Shown in pieces: positions 23,424-36,646 of a DNA stretch of 46,951 bases. Location of the stretch: the NCBI GenBank assembly GCA_910592345.1, contig CAJVPI010000168.1:1-46951 (forward strand). Reading direction: 5' to 3'. This DNA is from Paraglomus brasilianum (taxonomy: Eukaryota). Below the pieces are notes generated by a model. That model was not told where the DNA came from. It saw nothing but the letters and a program-made list of their open reading frames with translations, and ran no database searches. The position numbers and the translations under genes are program-made. Within the stretch, counting starts at the first letter, position 1. Each line of letters starts with the position of its first letter.

Positions 23424-24554
23424 GTTATTAGAGACGGGTTGAGTAAGAAGTCAAGAGAGAGAGAAAGGGTATGTGAGTAAAAGGTTACGTTGTTGTAAAG
23501 GGGGGGTACCTGGTCTGACTAATAATAGTTAGTGGATGTACGTAATTGCGTATATTTTGACCTCGGGTGGTCAGTGGGTTAGGATGGCGCATTTATATAA
23601 AAATTACGCAAATTGTACACGTAAACAAATAACAGTCACGTCGCGTGACTTTTCGGCGTAGAACAAAACAACAGGTAAAAGATCGATTGACAACAAGGAC
23701 ACAAAAATCACGGCGTTCGGACGTGATTGTAGCAAGCAAGTATGTGAAAATAATGAACATGTGCGTAACGTGAGTAACGTGATGATAACCAAGTTAAATT
23801 AGTCAACAATTAATTAACCCTAATTAATAATTATTGTTTCATGCATGATATGATTGAATACCCTAATTGAGGTTTATGACTTTTTGATTGTTTCATTCAA
23901 ACAATAACGCGTCGTTTATTGACCATTAAGAGTCTGGTTTGTGGCTGGCAAATGCTTACCAACATGCGATCAAATCGTCCTCGTCAAGCGCTATCAATGC
24001 AGTGACTGAGATATATTACGTAACACGGTCCTAATATTTTAGCAAAAAAAAAAATGCAAATTAATAATAAATGCTTAATAATGTGGTAATCGTATTATTT
24101 GTGAATACGTCTTATCTTTAGTATTGTTGTATATTATACCCACAGTCACAATCATAATCTCGCTACGTATCCGCAGTATATTCTCATGTGTTACCGACTC
24201 GACTTCACGTGATTAATATTCGACGTTCAATAGGCAAACAGCCCACCCCACCTATATAATCTGTACATTCCCATCTTGGTTCTTCCGCGTGCACGATTTG
24301 TTTTGACTCTTACCCAGCACAGTTTAAAGACCTGTATCCGCGAAGACACCGTAAACAACTCTGCACACGCGTCTTTCAACCGCTTATATAAAGGTATGCT
24401 CACTTCCAGCCACTTGTTTACTCGTCGTACGTCTTGCCCTACACGGAGTTTATTCATAAACAACTAATATTCCAACCTCTCCGCCGCTCGCTCTTGCTCA
24501 ATCCCAATATACTACACACATATACGTATCCATATACAGTACACATATTAAAAA
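23424..24554. promoter_or_regulatory. Bidirectional H2A/H2B promoter region
   Basis: Divergent histone pair; TATA-like TTATATAA near 23594 and 24384; MCB-type ACGCGT at 23907 and 24367; interrupted palindrome AGTCACG-TCG-CGTGACT at 23634-23650; CACGTG at 24206. Confidence 0.7.
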
Positions 24555-24956
24555 ATGCCACCAAAAGCAGAGAAGAAACCAGCTTCCACAGCCGCCAAGG
24601 CACCAGCTACTAAGGCACCTGCTGAAAAGAAGGAGAAGAAAGCCGCCGGGGAGAAAGGCAAAAAGAAGAAAGTCAGAAAAGAAACCTACTCCAGCTACAT
24701 CTACAAAGTACTCAAGCAGGTCCATCCAGATACTGGTATCTCTAACAAGGCCATGAGTATCCTGAACTCGTTTGTAAATGATATTTTCGAACGTATCGCC
24801 AGCGAAGCAAGTAAACTGGCTGCCTATAATAAGAAGAGCACTATCTCGTCGAGGGAAATACAAACGGCCGTCAGACTTATTCTTCCCGGTGAATTGGCTA
24901 AACACGCAGTATCAGAAGGCACCAAGGCTGTCACTAAATACACGAGTTCCAAGTGA
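24555..24956 (+). CDS. HTB1: Histone H2B, intronless
   Basis: [42 protein letters not shown]...[13 protein letters not shown]. Confidence 0.99.
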   Translation: MPPKAEKKPASTAAKAPATKAPAEKKEKKAAGEKGKKKKVRKETYSSYIYKVLKQVHPDTGISNKAMSILNSFVNDIFERIASEASKLAAYNKKSTISSREIQTAVRLILPGELAKHAVSEGTKAVTKYTSSK

Positions 24957-25297
24957 ACTATTATTCTTTAAATCTTCTCCCCCCCCCTTTTATGCTTATG
25001 ATTCCATGTATACAATAAACATAATAAAATAAATGAACGGCGAACAAGGATGTGATGTCGTCAGACTTTACTCATAAATCGCGTATATTTTTTGCTTTTG
25101 ATTCATCTTTGCATGCATATTCGAACAGGGAATATAATTATCAACCAAAGGATATATTTATGTCAATGTCGTTATCACACATATATTTACTACAAAGATT
25201 GATGCTCGTTCAAATAGATTATATAGTTAATCAAAATTATATTTACACCCATTGCTAATATGTTTAATTACACTTTCCCCCATCTATCAAGTCTATA

Positions 25298-25324
25298 CAT
25301 CATCATCATCATCATCATCATCAT
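25298..25324. repeat. (CAT)9 microsatellite
   Basis: Nine consecutive CAT units next to the stop codon of the minus-strand gene. Confidence 0.95.
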
Positions 25325-25328
25325 ATCC

Positions 25329-27265
25329 TCATTCTGATTTGAACTCGCCCTGAAAATAGTACTTGTTCAGATAAGCTCTCATCTTGGCCAATTCGTTTGC
25401 AATAGTGCTCTGAACCTCCATTCTTAATTCCTGACGTAATCGCAACATCACAGGATCATTCAATTCATAGAAATTTGCCGCCTCTTGATCGTCAGCTGCC
25501 TCGTTATTATGTCTCTCTGCAGTTAGTAACCTATCAGCAGGATCGAGACCATAGTATGGGAATGGTGCCGGAGGAGAAGCAGTAGTGGGATAAGCGTCGT
25601 CTGGATAAGGTGTCACTTCGGGATGATTTGTCGTAGATTCAAGATTATTCATCCGATTTGCTTCTGCCTGATCAGAAGCATGAAAGCGGCTGTCTGCATA
25701 TGGTGGAAGCGTCGCCGGGGTGTAGACGGGGGGCGGCGGTGGGATGTTTTTGAGAACCTGATGTAAAATAAGCCAAAAAAGAGTTATATACCTTAGGCCT
25801 ATGCTTTAAACTCAAAACTCAAGACATCTCGCTTTCCCAATACTCACGTATTTCTGTACAACTCCCCACGGAACAGTCCTCCTCGTTCCAAATAGCAACA
25901 AGTACAGAGCTGTCAAAATACTAACGAAACCTCCCATATTTGCTGCCATCTGTAACAGCGTAAACTCAACTCTGTTATTCCAAATCTCTACTGGATACGT
26001 ATACGACAATGCCGCTGCATCAAAGTTGTAGCGTTCTGGTATGATTCTGAATATTCCCCACAAATTTGCACTGATACCAAATCCTTCAATATCAAAGGTT
26101 GACAGAGTAGTATCAAGCTCAACATGTGCTCCGTTGTTTTGATGAGCGCTCGAGCGACCGCCAGTTATGGCATCTGACTTGGTAGAGTCGTATTTTTCCA
26201 GTCTTTTAAAGTAGACGTAGGTTATTGCGGGCTATGAAGCAAAGAATACGGTTGGTAAGAAAGTCGTCATGTGATCCAACCAATCGACCAGTGATTAAAG
26301 CAAGAGAGGTTACTTACGAATTTGACAATCTGAAACATTGCATCCCTTGGATCTTCAACTTCTGAGAAGACAGCATACAAATACCAAGCATCATTTGTGA
26401 TGGCACCCAACTATCGTTTTTGAAGAGATTAATCACGTGAGCAAAAATCATCGTCTTGCCAAGAAAACCAGAAACAAGAATAGTAGGAAAGGCATACCGT
26501 ATTATTCGCCTTGGTTTTCGACCAAAGCGAAAGGATAATTTTTTGAATTGTGCTATTATAACGTAATGGCGGACCATCGCCACTGGCCGGAACCGAGGGA
26601 TTGAATTCATCTATTAAATCGATAAGCGAGCATGAATATCACCCCCCCAAATGCCAGTATCATATCATAAAGAACTAAGAATTGTCACTTACAGCAATAG
26701 TAGTTTGTGAGATTGACGAATCCTTGTAAATTGACATAACTCGATGCATCAGTGGGGCTGCGTATGTATTCGTCACATGGAGGTGCCTACAAGCATTGAT
26801 TAATTAATCAACTTGTCAATTTTTTGGGAGAACGGCATTTAATAAAAGTATTCGCATACCGCGGCGTAATTATCATCTGCCTGATTCATTGCTGCCTTGA
26901 AACAGTTTATAGGCATATCCAGCGATGTCCCGCAAAAGACCACACCCGGAACCTAATATTTAATAAGTAGGAATGGGTTTGTAATAAGAGACCATACTCT
27001 CTCCAAACTAGCAATTGGAAGTGGAGAAAACGTTAATGATATTCCATCATACCGGTATTTCAGAACGGGTTACATCTTTGATTGTTACTACCGGCTCTTG
27101 AACAGCAATAACCATGCGCCATATGTTCCATGCAGCAAATAATAATGTAAGGAAAGCTATCGTGAATACGATTATCAATCTAGCTTTCTTTTCCTTTCGT
27201 CTTTTTACATCACTGTCACGCAGATAATCTGTCACTTTTTCACTACTATCTATTTCGGAGGCCAT
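25329..27265 (-). CDS. Uncharacterised two-transmembrane protein with DEG/ENaC/PAC-like topology (7 exons)
   Basis: Seven phase-consistent GT-AG exons: TM1 LIIVFTIAFLTLLFAAWNIW, then EIPVPGVVFCG, a Cys-containing ectodomain with NLT/NST/NNT sequons, FTLLQMAANMGGFVSILTALYLLLFG (TM2), PWGVVQKY and a Pro-rich tail. Confidence 0.85.
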
Positions 27266-29083
27266 TTTGAAGTAAGTGTCGAAATGATTATGGGAAAATG
27301 TAGAAAGCAGTGGGGCACATCCTAGGTATTTATATTTATTAAAGTTACAGGAAATCCGGTTTACTTCGCCACGTCTGTGGCAAAAGTTATAATTAGGGTA
27401 ATAATAAAAGCTTGTCAGCGCCGCCGATCGGGATTATCGAACAATAACTATAAAATTTTTGTACAAAAAGGCAACAAGGGAGTATGTGATAGGTGATACA
27501 AACATACAAGCGAAGTTATTTCCGGAAAAGATAGGGCATATCTATTGCCTTGATACATAGGGTAATGTTCTGATTGGCTACTAACTAATATTTTTGTATT
27601 CCACCACATGAACCCTGTGTTAATTAACATTAATATATTTAATCTTACTGGCCAGCGCATTTCGAGCGATATCCAGGGAATGTGTCACGAGCAAGAGAAT
27701 GTCCCAGCACAGACTACTACATCTTTAGTAGAAAAGCGGCTCTTTATAGGGAGAAGAAACTAAAAAAGAACAAACCAGATGAAAACAATGCATGTCGTCA
27801 GCCCTCGGCATTTACAATCAAAGTACAGGTAGACATCGGGATAATGTTTGTATTGTTATTAGCAACGACCCAATATAATAAATTAGTGTGATTATGTTGG
27901 GAATAGTAAAGGCTAATCATGAGACCCTGCAAAGTGTAGTCATTGCATCTCTCCCCAAACTTGTTTTTGCCATAACCTAACCTGTCTACTTGCAGCCGCG
28001 CAATTCTGGACAAAATCCAGACAGTGACACCATACATTTTGTCATTTGTGTTGCATTAAGTGAAAGCTGAATGGCTGTTATATGGCCATTAATTCGGGCA
28101 TTCGGTAATGAGGGAATCATTCGGTATTTTTTACCATTTTATAATAAATAAATGGTTAGATTTGGTTTCATGAGGTGAACAAACTTCACCAAGATTGTAT
28201 TAAACGTATGAGGCTATCGAGGACGTCTTACCATTTCTAAACTCCTCCCTGCAAAACTCTACCCCCCCCCCCCACCCATCCACCGCCAAAAGCGTGCAGA
28301 GCTCAAAAATTTGTCCACGTAAGCACGTCGATTGCATCGCTGGATCGCAGAATTGCAACGAATATTATCATCTGATCTCTTTCACGGATTTTCAACATTT
28401 TCTCAGGTCTGCGTCCGTCCAAGCTTTTTACAACGTATTGCGCATTATCAAGTGAATGGGGGGACCTTTGCCTTCAACTATTCTTCATAATTCTTAGTAT
28501 ACGACGCGTGTGTTGTGCGTCATTCTCTTTATACCCTTAGTAAACTTAATACACAAAAGCAAGGATCCATCCACAAAGGAAATTTTGACGAGAATTCCAC
28601 AAAACCATGAATATCCGTTATTGCGAATGCGTAAATACTCGTTTAATAATTTAAACATCTTGCAAAATGTCTAATATATACTTGGTAGATGATATCGATT
28701 TTGATAGCTGACTACAATCCCTGATTCTATTCCATACCTGTAGCATGGCTTCCATTGAGAGGAGAAGTTTTACCATTTACCCTTCTTGCCTGATGACATC
28801 AGACCCTCCGGCTATAATGGTTTATTCCTTTGTGTGATGACAGCTTCTTTTGATTGTATTACCATTTCACTGAGAATACGCTCAACATCATTCTAATATA
28901 TATTCAATAATTGATTCTGTTGAATACATTCTAACAAAATCTAACCCAGTGTTTGTATTCGCTGCAATTAAGTGGTAACAATAATAACACGGATCCATAC
29001 GAACAGTTTCTTGACTTTGCAAATAGCTCCGCATCAAGCCGTTGGTTCTCTTTTGTGAGCACATTTTTGGCAGATCAGCCTAT

Positions 29084-30022
29084 TTAATTTTCACTTTTTC
29101 TTGCTCTTTCCTTCTAGTGCCTTCGCCTTTGCACGTTCCTTCTTCTTAGTATAGTAGGCACTTCTGTACCGTTCGAATCCCTCTTGCAGTGGCTTCGGTA
29201 TCTTGTCACAAAATGTCAATTTACCAGAATTCCCCTCATTAAAATGCATATTGAAGGATTTTAAGACACGGTTGCATCGTGGAACGTATCTAAATCACAA
29301 GAGGTAAGAGTATGGTATTAGATAAACGATTTCTGAACAGAAGCCATGCAGCAATGATGACGTACTTTAATGCAACAGCAACTTTGTCATTGTACATTCC
29401 GAATAAGAAGAAGCAAAGCAGCGTCACGGTTGAGATGAACAATAAAATTCCAGCAAAAAAACGGAGGGTTGGCGTCTAACGATGGGAATATGAGTAAGTC
29501 TTGGTTAAACATTTGCGTGTGCATGCGAATTCATAAAAAGATAGACAAGTATGCTTACTGATGCCGGTTGTATCCATGTAAAGTATAACGAGAACATTAT
29601 TATGATTACAGTTGACCCAAGAAAAGCTACAATAATATGTTCGATCCGTAAGACATTCGTCACTGACAGCAAACTAATCGACTCGACACTCATCACTTAT
29701 ACCACTATCTACTCCTATTCCCCAAACCTTCATAATTCTGTTGTTTCTTTCTCAAAATGGTTAAGTTCTGCTTTAACCTCTCTTCGAAGATCAACAGATC
29801 CTTGAACCTCTGTACGGTGGTTGGAGATTGTGGAGCTGTTGTTTTGGAGGTCGATGAAGTAGCAACAGCCGCCGCCGCGCCCGTAGTAACAGCCAAATTT
29901 GCTGCTTCTGGCCATAGCGTATTTAATGTTGGCGAGTTTGAAAAGAGAGGAGAGCCGTTTGCAAATGGCGACGAGTATGAAGTCGAGTCCGAAGGTGAGG
30001 ACGTTATTGACTTTGCAGACAT
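29084..30022 (-). CDS. SPO7: Spo7-like regulatory subunit of the Nem1-Spo7 phosphatase (4 exons)
   Basis: FKDLLIFEERLKQ motif, two TM helices (AFLGSTVIIIMFSLYFTWI; FFAGILLFISTVTLLCFFLFGMY), YVPRCNRVLKSFNM, LQEGFERYRSAY; stop at 29086-29084. Confidence 0.85.
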
Positions 30023-30377
30023 GTCGTAAAGGGTTAATATTAAGGGTCAGAGCCATAGAATATCGTGTTTTAATATGAGATTATCATTGGTCGAATTCTT
30101 GCTAACATCCTTATTTGTAGGTTAAGAGGTTTTATACTATAAAAGTCTTAGTTCGGATAATAAATGACGAATGATGAAATATTACGTTCTCCCGCGTTAC
30201 GCCAATCTATTTTCTCCCCCCCCACATTCTCGTGATTCGAATGTTATAATTAAACCAAAAGTTAGAATGACTTTAACAAATATCATCGAAAGATATACAA
30301 GTCTTCACAGACTCGAAATCTACGAATGTGTGATCATCTCGGGAATCCTCGGTCCATGCATACATAATTTTTTACAA

Positions 30378-30848
30378 CACTCTCTGGAACAAAGTATTGG
30401 AACAGCGTTTTTTTAACTTTGTGCAAAATCCAGTATAATAACAATAAAAAATTTTATATCAGTGTGATTTTGTCACGTTTTTCGGACTCTTTTTTGGTGT
30501 CTTGCTTTCTTTTACAAAACGCCGCGGAATTGGAGATTGCTCTGAAAGAGGAATGGTCACTGATTCCTTATAAAACATATTCCAATTTGATTGAGAGCAT
30601 TCCAAGCGTGTATCTCGAATAATTGATGGCCAACTCAATACTAAAATAAAAGTTAAAATGTTAAAGCTAAGGATCGGCAAAATTGATCTTTTGTTTAATT
30701 AATTATTTGTTATTCCAAAAAGCTAAGCGCTTCAAAATTTACTACAGATTCTTGAAAACCCAAGCTACAAACTGATATAAAATTTTTTTTATTGTTATTA
30801 TACTGGATTTTGCATAAAGACTGTTCCAATACTTTGTTTCAGGGAGTG
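30378..30848 (+). mobile_element. Internally deleted Tc1/mariner element
   Basis: TIRs of about 80 bp starting CACTC(T/C)CTG(G/A)AACAAAGTATTGGAACAG and extending to TTTTATATCAGT; TA at 30849-30850; internal ELEIALKEEWSLIP...LIESIP is a Tc1 transposase C-terminus. Confidence 0.9.
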
Positions 30849-31906
30849 TAGTACAATGCATGTGTATGTGAAGAAATACATTTTTATAAAAAGAAACCAA
30901 CTGACGATAATATGCAACAAACTATTATTAGGAATAAAGCTATATCTCTGCGGATATTATGGAGACCATTTTGCACGATTTGCTCTCCGAAATCTTGGCA
31001 TGGCGTGGTCATAATAAATGTGTAGCAGATATGCGATTATTGTACACCTATTCAAACGATATCTGTCCATCCCTTGTTCATAATATCGCTCTGAGCTTAG
31101 AATGGTGATTTGTGCTACAGATATCAATATATTGCCGCGTGATGTAATAATAATTGTTGATCGATAATTTGCACTTACAAGAATATTGGTTAAACTCCAT
31201 GCAAGTATATTGTCGGGACTAGATAAAGTCAGTAAAAAAAAACACACAAAAAAATGGGGGTCCAACTATGCTGACTTTAAGACATTATACGGATAAAGTG
31301 AGGAAGCAAAAGTGAAACACTATGCATATTTTATTCACCAATTGCACTGGTACTGAAAGAATTCGTATTGTCTACATACAGATTAATAATGTTGTATAAT
31401 AGGGGGATGAGGCTATAATATTTACAGTGGGAGTGTTTAATAATTCCAGCTGTAGTTGTCTGATTAAATTTTTCTTTTTTTTTTTTTTTGTGCTTTACTT
31501 TTTGGTCAAATATTAGAAAAAGAAAAAGTGTATTTGCTGTTAGATACCCAACTTTTGTACATGCTTTCTTCAAGAAGACCATGCTGTCACAGTTAAACAA
31601 GCTTAAGTTTTTCCACTTGAGGGACATACTGTACATAATTTGTGGTATCATCTTCTTTTCAGGTAAAATGTTTAGATTGCTAACCTTTTTTTGACTTCCA
31701 TTGAGCATATGTTCTGTCTCATTTTCATTGACCATACTCTTTTCCAGAGCTTTTTCTTATTATTATCATTGCATTCTCATTCTGCACAGGTAGATAATTC
31801 TTGCAATCTTAACAATAAAATTTGTCTTGTTACTGCGCCAATTAAACATGTTTGATCATAATAATATAGGCCTATCTCTATATAAAAAATATTAATATGA
31901 AACTAA

Positions 31907-32230
31907 TTTACTATAAAACTAAATAATTACAGCACCATTAGAAGTATTTTAAAGAAAGAACAGGGTGAAAAAATTGCTCCATATGTTTCTAAAATCAACG
32001 ATACCAAAACTCTCCAGGAATATCTAGATAAAGATGAAAAAAATCACTTATGAAATTTAGCAACCTTTAAATTACTTCCTTAATTTCAATCAAGGTCATC
32101 TCATATTTTCTTTAACTTCAATTTGAGCAATGTGTTGAGTTTGCTGTTTTCTTAAAAATCCAACCTCCCTTTCAAGTCTTTGAATTTTACCTAACAATTC
32201 TTGCCTTTGCACCCTTATTTGTATTCACGA
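31907..32230. pseudogene. Second Mollicutes-like (code 4) fragment: 3' ends of two convergent, overlapping intronless genes
   Basis: Plus strand: ...IRSILKKEQGEKIAPYVSKINDTKTLQEYLDKDEKNHLwNLATFKLLP* (stop 32081-32083). Minus strand: ...RQELLGKIQRLEREVGFLRKQQTQHIAQIEVKENMRwPwLKLRK* (stop 32074-32072). All three w are TGA. Confidence 0.65.
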
Positions 32231-32429
32231 GTGTTTGAAACTCGGATAGGGAGTGAGAAGCGCACATAATTAAAATAGGTCACTTGAGACTTAATTCAGT
32301 CTTAATTGCACAACTATCGTAGTAAGGGCGATAGTACGAGCTAAGCCTGGTAACATCCCCCGGTCGGCGAACACACCTACACGAAAAGATAAATCGCTCT
32401 CCCAAAACCCCCCATTTAATTCCCGACCG

Positions 32430-33940
32430 TAACAATAAAGATATTCTTGCCTTTTATAATCCAAAGGAGGAGGCATTAGGACTAGGATGGAAAAGGATAA
32501 ATTAAATTCAGTATAAGCACCATTAGCGACCAGCTGAGCTTTGACAACTCCTGGATGAGCTGCTTCAAAGAGAATGCTGGTATTTTGTAAACCATTTAGT
32601 TTTTTAAAGAAAATCCCTAGTAATTCAGATCTAAGTATTAAAAGCCTCTTCCATTGTCATGACGTTGAGGTTTTGAGGTCTTTATTTAGGCGCACATTGT
32701 CATAACGTTGAGCTTTGTTTAATCCAGCTATACTCGATCTTTCCACAACCTCAACAATATGACCTACGCAATCTAATGTTGTTTTTCTATAGAGTTTTTT
32801 AATCAATCCAAAACCACCATCACACTTGAATTTAGTGTGTCCAGGTACCATGAAATTCAATTTAATACTTTTGTAAAAGCCGCAAATTATTAAATATAGG
32901 TAAAATCGAATAGTTGCATTATTTTTATTCTGTCCACCTGCGTAATTTTTAAATATTTTCACCTTTGTTCAATCTCTTAATGCCGTCGAATACCATGCTC
33001 AGCGTACCATTTGGGCCTTTCCCTATAATTTCGTCCTCATCGAGAACGTAATTAATTTGTTCGCGTACTGTTTTATCTTGAATACCGATAAACGTACTTT
33101 ACGCGAATTTAGATAATAAATCTTGTGATCGGAATGGGACATTTTGTGTCCAATCATAATTGTAATGAGCAGTAGCATTAAAGCTACAATAATCAGCTTT
33201 ATTTCTTGTTATAAAATGCTCGTCTACTAATTCTGTAATATTTTCCCTCCAACTTAGCTCTCACCAGATGTTCTTCAATAAGTCTCTTGCGAGCATTACC
33301 CTGTAAGCCATTCCAAAGCTGTTGACACGTATCACATAAATCCGTTCTTGGACTCATAATTTGAATATAAGGCGTTAATTGGTGCCATAACTTGCGAAAC
33401 GCATCATACTTTAACAATTTCAACGTGCTACATTTTCGAGACCTGCAATAAAATCACGATGAACCGATTATATATATAACTCGTTTTCAGCTGGTAAAAG
33501 TATAAGCGATTGAGTAATTCGGTTGACGTTTCTACCAGGACTGTAGTCCATGAATTTCAGAATAAAATTCTTCACGGCAGTAGCAACGGTTGTTACCATG
33601 AACGCGGTATTATACCATTCGTTGCCAGATGATTTCGAAGTGCGTGTGGCCAATTCCTAACATATTGAAATACGTTTCTGACAAAGAGGCGTGTTGCGAT
33701 CTCAGTAGTAAAACGTTCGCTTATTAGTACGCGTCTTCTTTTTAAGGCGTCGGCTGGCAGTTATTTCTCCACTATTCATTGCTTTCAGTTGAGCCATTAT
33801 AAATATATCTTGTTCGGATCTAGAGAGATCTTGAAACGCCTCAGAAACCCTTCTCTCAAAAGCTTTTTGAGCAACCACAATTACAACCTATCTCCAAGAA
33901 ACGTATGGCTTTTCATATTCCGTGGAGCCATTGTATTCAT
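32430..33940 (-). mobile_element. Decayed Sola-like DDD transposase
   Basis: Motifs in order SPRTDLCDTCQQL, N..GGQNKNN (degenerate DNCxGQNKN), FMVPGHTKFKCDGGFGLIKK, PPPLDYKRQEYLY; multiple frameshifts; termini not found. Confidence 0.75.
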
Positions 33941-34249
33941 TATTTTTCATATACGGGTAATACTATATTAATATGTATAATTTATCAATTTGTGAAGAGA
34001 CTTTGACATTGAAAAACTAACCTTGAAAGCAAAATATTTACAGAGATAAAAATAAGCTATGATTATAGGGAAAAACGTAAAATTCATCCATCTGGCTCAT
34101 TCGTGGAGCGATTTTAATAAGACGGATTTGACATTGGAACATTGCTAACTATAAGGGAAGAGCTGATAGACAGAGTCGATTGCAATAAAAATCCCGTGAT
34201 ACATACAAGACTTATTTTGGTTTCAGTTCGTTTCTTGCCTCGGGAGGAG

Positions 34250-36460
34250 CATGGATAATTCGTGTTGTCATTTTCTTGAAAGAGCCGACTTTGTTATCTT
34301 CGGCCCATAAAAAGTCTCGTATAGTAATAGTGCTTGCGCTTTCAGATAACAAAGACTAATTCACGGGAAATCAAAATATTAATTTTCTGAACCCTGTGTT
34401 TTATTTTATGAATTTATTCATACAACCCTCGTATTTCAACAAGCTCATCACAATTTCATGAGCCTTTACCATATCTTTCCACGTTTTTGGCAAAGGAAAT
34501 TCTAGTACTGACTTCATCGTATAAATCTCAGCATATTTTAGCTGAAATTCATAAACTATAAATTCATTCACTACGTCTTCGAGGGTTAGTATTACAATAG
34601 TAAATAATGTTCTTAATAAAGCAAAACTTACAATATGACTGTAACCCATACAACCTAACTAATGTGATATCAGAATTTGGTTTTAATTCCGCCAATCGAT
34701 TTATTAAAGTTTTTAGCATTTTCGTAAGCTTCATCCTATCATCCTTAAAATGCAACCAGTCCTTCCTCGCTGGTGGACCGCTAACTTCGATTATGGAAAA
34801 TCCTCATCCTCTTCTCTCAGTGTTATAATAGTATCTATTTTTCTCTTCGTGGATCGGCGCTAATTATCTGATTTTTGCGAATTACAATCTTTTGCACTTG
34901 CTTTCAGACATGTTTCCCCGTAAGATGCATACCAACTTCGTTTGTTTTTAATAAAGAACTCAGAGAGGATCGGACCTACTACATTAACTATGTATGTTCC
35001 ATCAGACATTTTATCAAGAAGCAAGTTCACATTTTCCATTAAATTTACCCTATATAAGAGCATCAAGTTAGTCTCATCGCGTTTATCATGGAAGATCAAG
35101 TTTAATATACACTTACATTAACCTTACAAAATTCAACGCAAACTTTGTCTCAAATGAAGAGACATCTATTTTCTTTTCAACGTTTTCTTGATATCGCGAT
35201 CAATGATAGTATTCAAAAATCGTATTTATCGTTAGAGTTAAAGAATATGACATCGTAATATTCTGGACTTGTTCTTAAAGGGTTCTTCTGTAGCTGGTAT
35301 TGTGTGAGCCTTTCTCTAATGCAAATATACCGTTTACAATCCAATCGACGCTTTTTCCGCCAATGATTGTCTGATCAGCATTATATTCATCGTCACTATC
35401 TTGTAAATCACAGCCGTTATTTGTTTCCCCTGAATCAGCTATGAAGGAATTTAGTTCTGGCAACTTATAATAGGATGAATTTTCTTCTTCCTCTTCCGAC
35501 GTAATATATGGTTTTGTGTGTGATATCCAGTTTGAGATGAGTCGTTATTCTGGTTCTGACTAAATGCTACAGTAATTTGTATGAATTTTCATCCACGTGA
35601 TTCCGAGTTTGAGTAACTTGTAGCATCAGAAACGCTTTGATATTGATGTTGTAAACAATTTTACAAATGAAAAGAGAATGATACCTTAACGCGTTGTATT
35701 TCAGCCAGCTCAATAGTTTTCTCATTTTCAATCGATTTCAATCGATTTCAACTTCTTCTGTGTCTGATCATAATCCTCAATCAACTGGAAGTAATCTGTT
35801 GTTTTTCTTGAAGATTTCCATGTCTAGAAGCATAAAGTGAAGGAAAATTAAAAGTTGACCGGATGATATATAAACAGGATCAAGACCTATGTCCAAATAA
35901 ACATGGCCATGGCGAACTAATAGTTCAACACTGGACAACTAATAGTTCTCCAGTGTGCCACAGGAGGCTAGAGAAAAGGACAGACTAATAGTCGATCTTC
36001 CAGTTGACTAATAGTCCCCTGGCTCAGTCCAATGTCTCCATTACCTCTTCAGGACTGTACAGCAAAAAACAACTAATAGTTGCCTTATGTGTGCAATCCC
36101 TATCCTCTCGCTTCGAACATTATACTTAAATTAAACTCTTGAATAGTTCAGTGGCTTTCTGTCGTATATCACTCTTAATCATGTTGTTGTTAATAACGTT
36201 TGTGAGTCCTTTCTTCATGTAGTCCACGATCTTCATTTTGTTTCTCTCGAGCCTCTCGTAAGACACGCACCAATCAGCGAACTCATAAGACCCCATACCA
36301 TAGGCGAAGTGATTTGCAGATAATCTCCATGGTAGTTTGATAATAGAAATCCTATGGTGAGCGTAAAGGCAAAATGCTTAACTGTGAGACTAACAAGTCG
36401 CGAGACGGAGAATATTCGAAATCCAGTTTTTCGTGACATAGCCAAGATTTGTTGAAGCAA
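34250..36460 (-). pseudogene. Degraded multicopy-type gene with a restriction-endonuclease-like C-terminus (Crinkler-associated type)
   Basis: Fragments SDGTYIVNVVGP, YGETCLKASAK, FSIIEVSGPP, HFKDDRMKLTKMLK; many stops and frameshifts; boundaries approximate. Confidence 0.55.
35914..36082. repeat. Five ACTAATAGT interrupted palindromes with self-complementary flanks
   Basis: Cores at 35916, 35938, 35984, 36007 and 36072. Confidence 0.9.
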
Positions 36461-36646
36461 CGTGACTTGTGTATTACATCTCCCGCCAGTTAAAATCTTT
36501 GTATCTCTGTGGACAATAAATAATAAGGATTGCCTTGATAATATTAATACCCATCTATTTCGATTTTCTTAACGAATGGCTGTCCGCCAGCATTAGCCTA
36601 AACAGTCTTTAATAAAATAACTTCTGACAGTATATTCTTGTCTAGT

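Noticed and set aside
24498..24905. Antisense ORFs over H2B (also over H2A, CNB1, SPO7)
   Set aside because: Shadows of real genes on the opposite strand.
28300..29080. Possible minus-strand gene relic (KENQRLDAELFAKSR, NDVERILSEMV)
   Set aside because: No consistent exon chain could be built and no family was recognised.
36026..36057. Hammerhead-like CTGAAGA on the minus strand within the hairpin array
   Set aside because: No stem II-GAAA-stem III arrangement.
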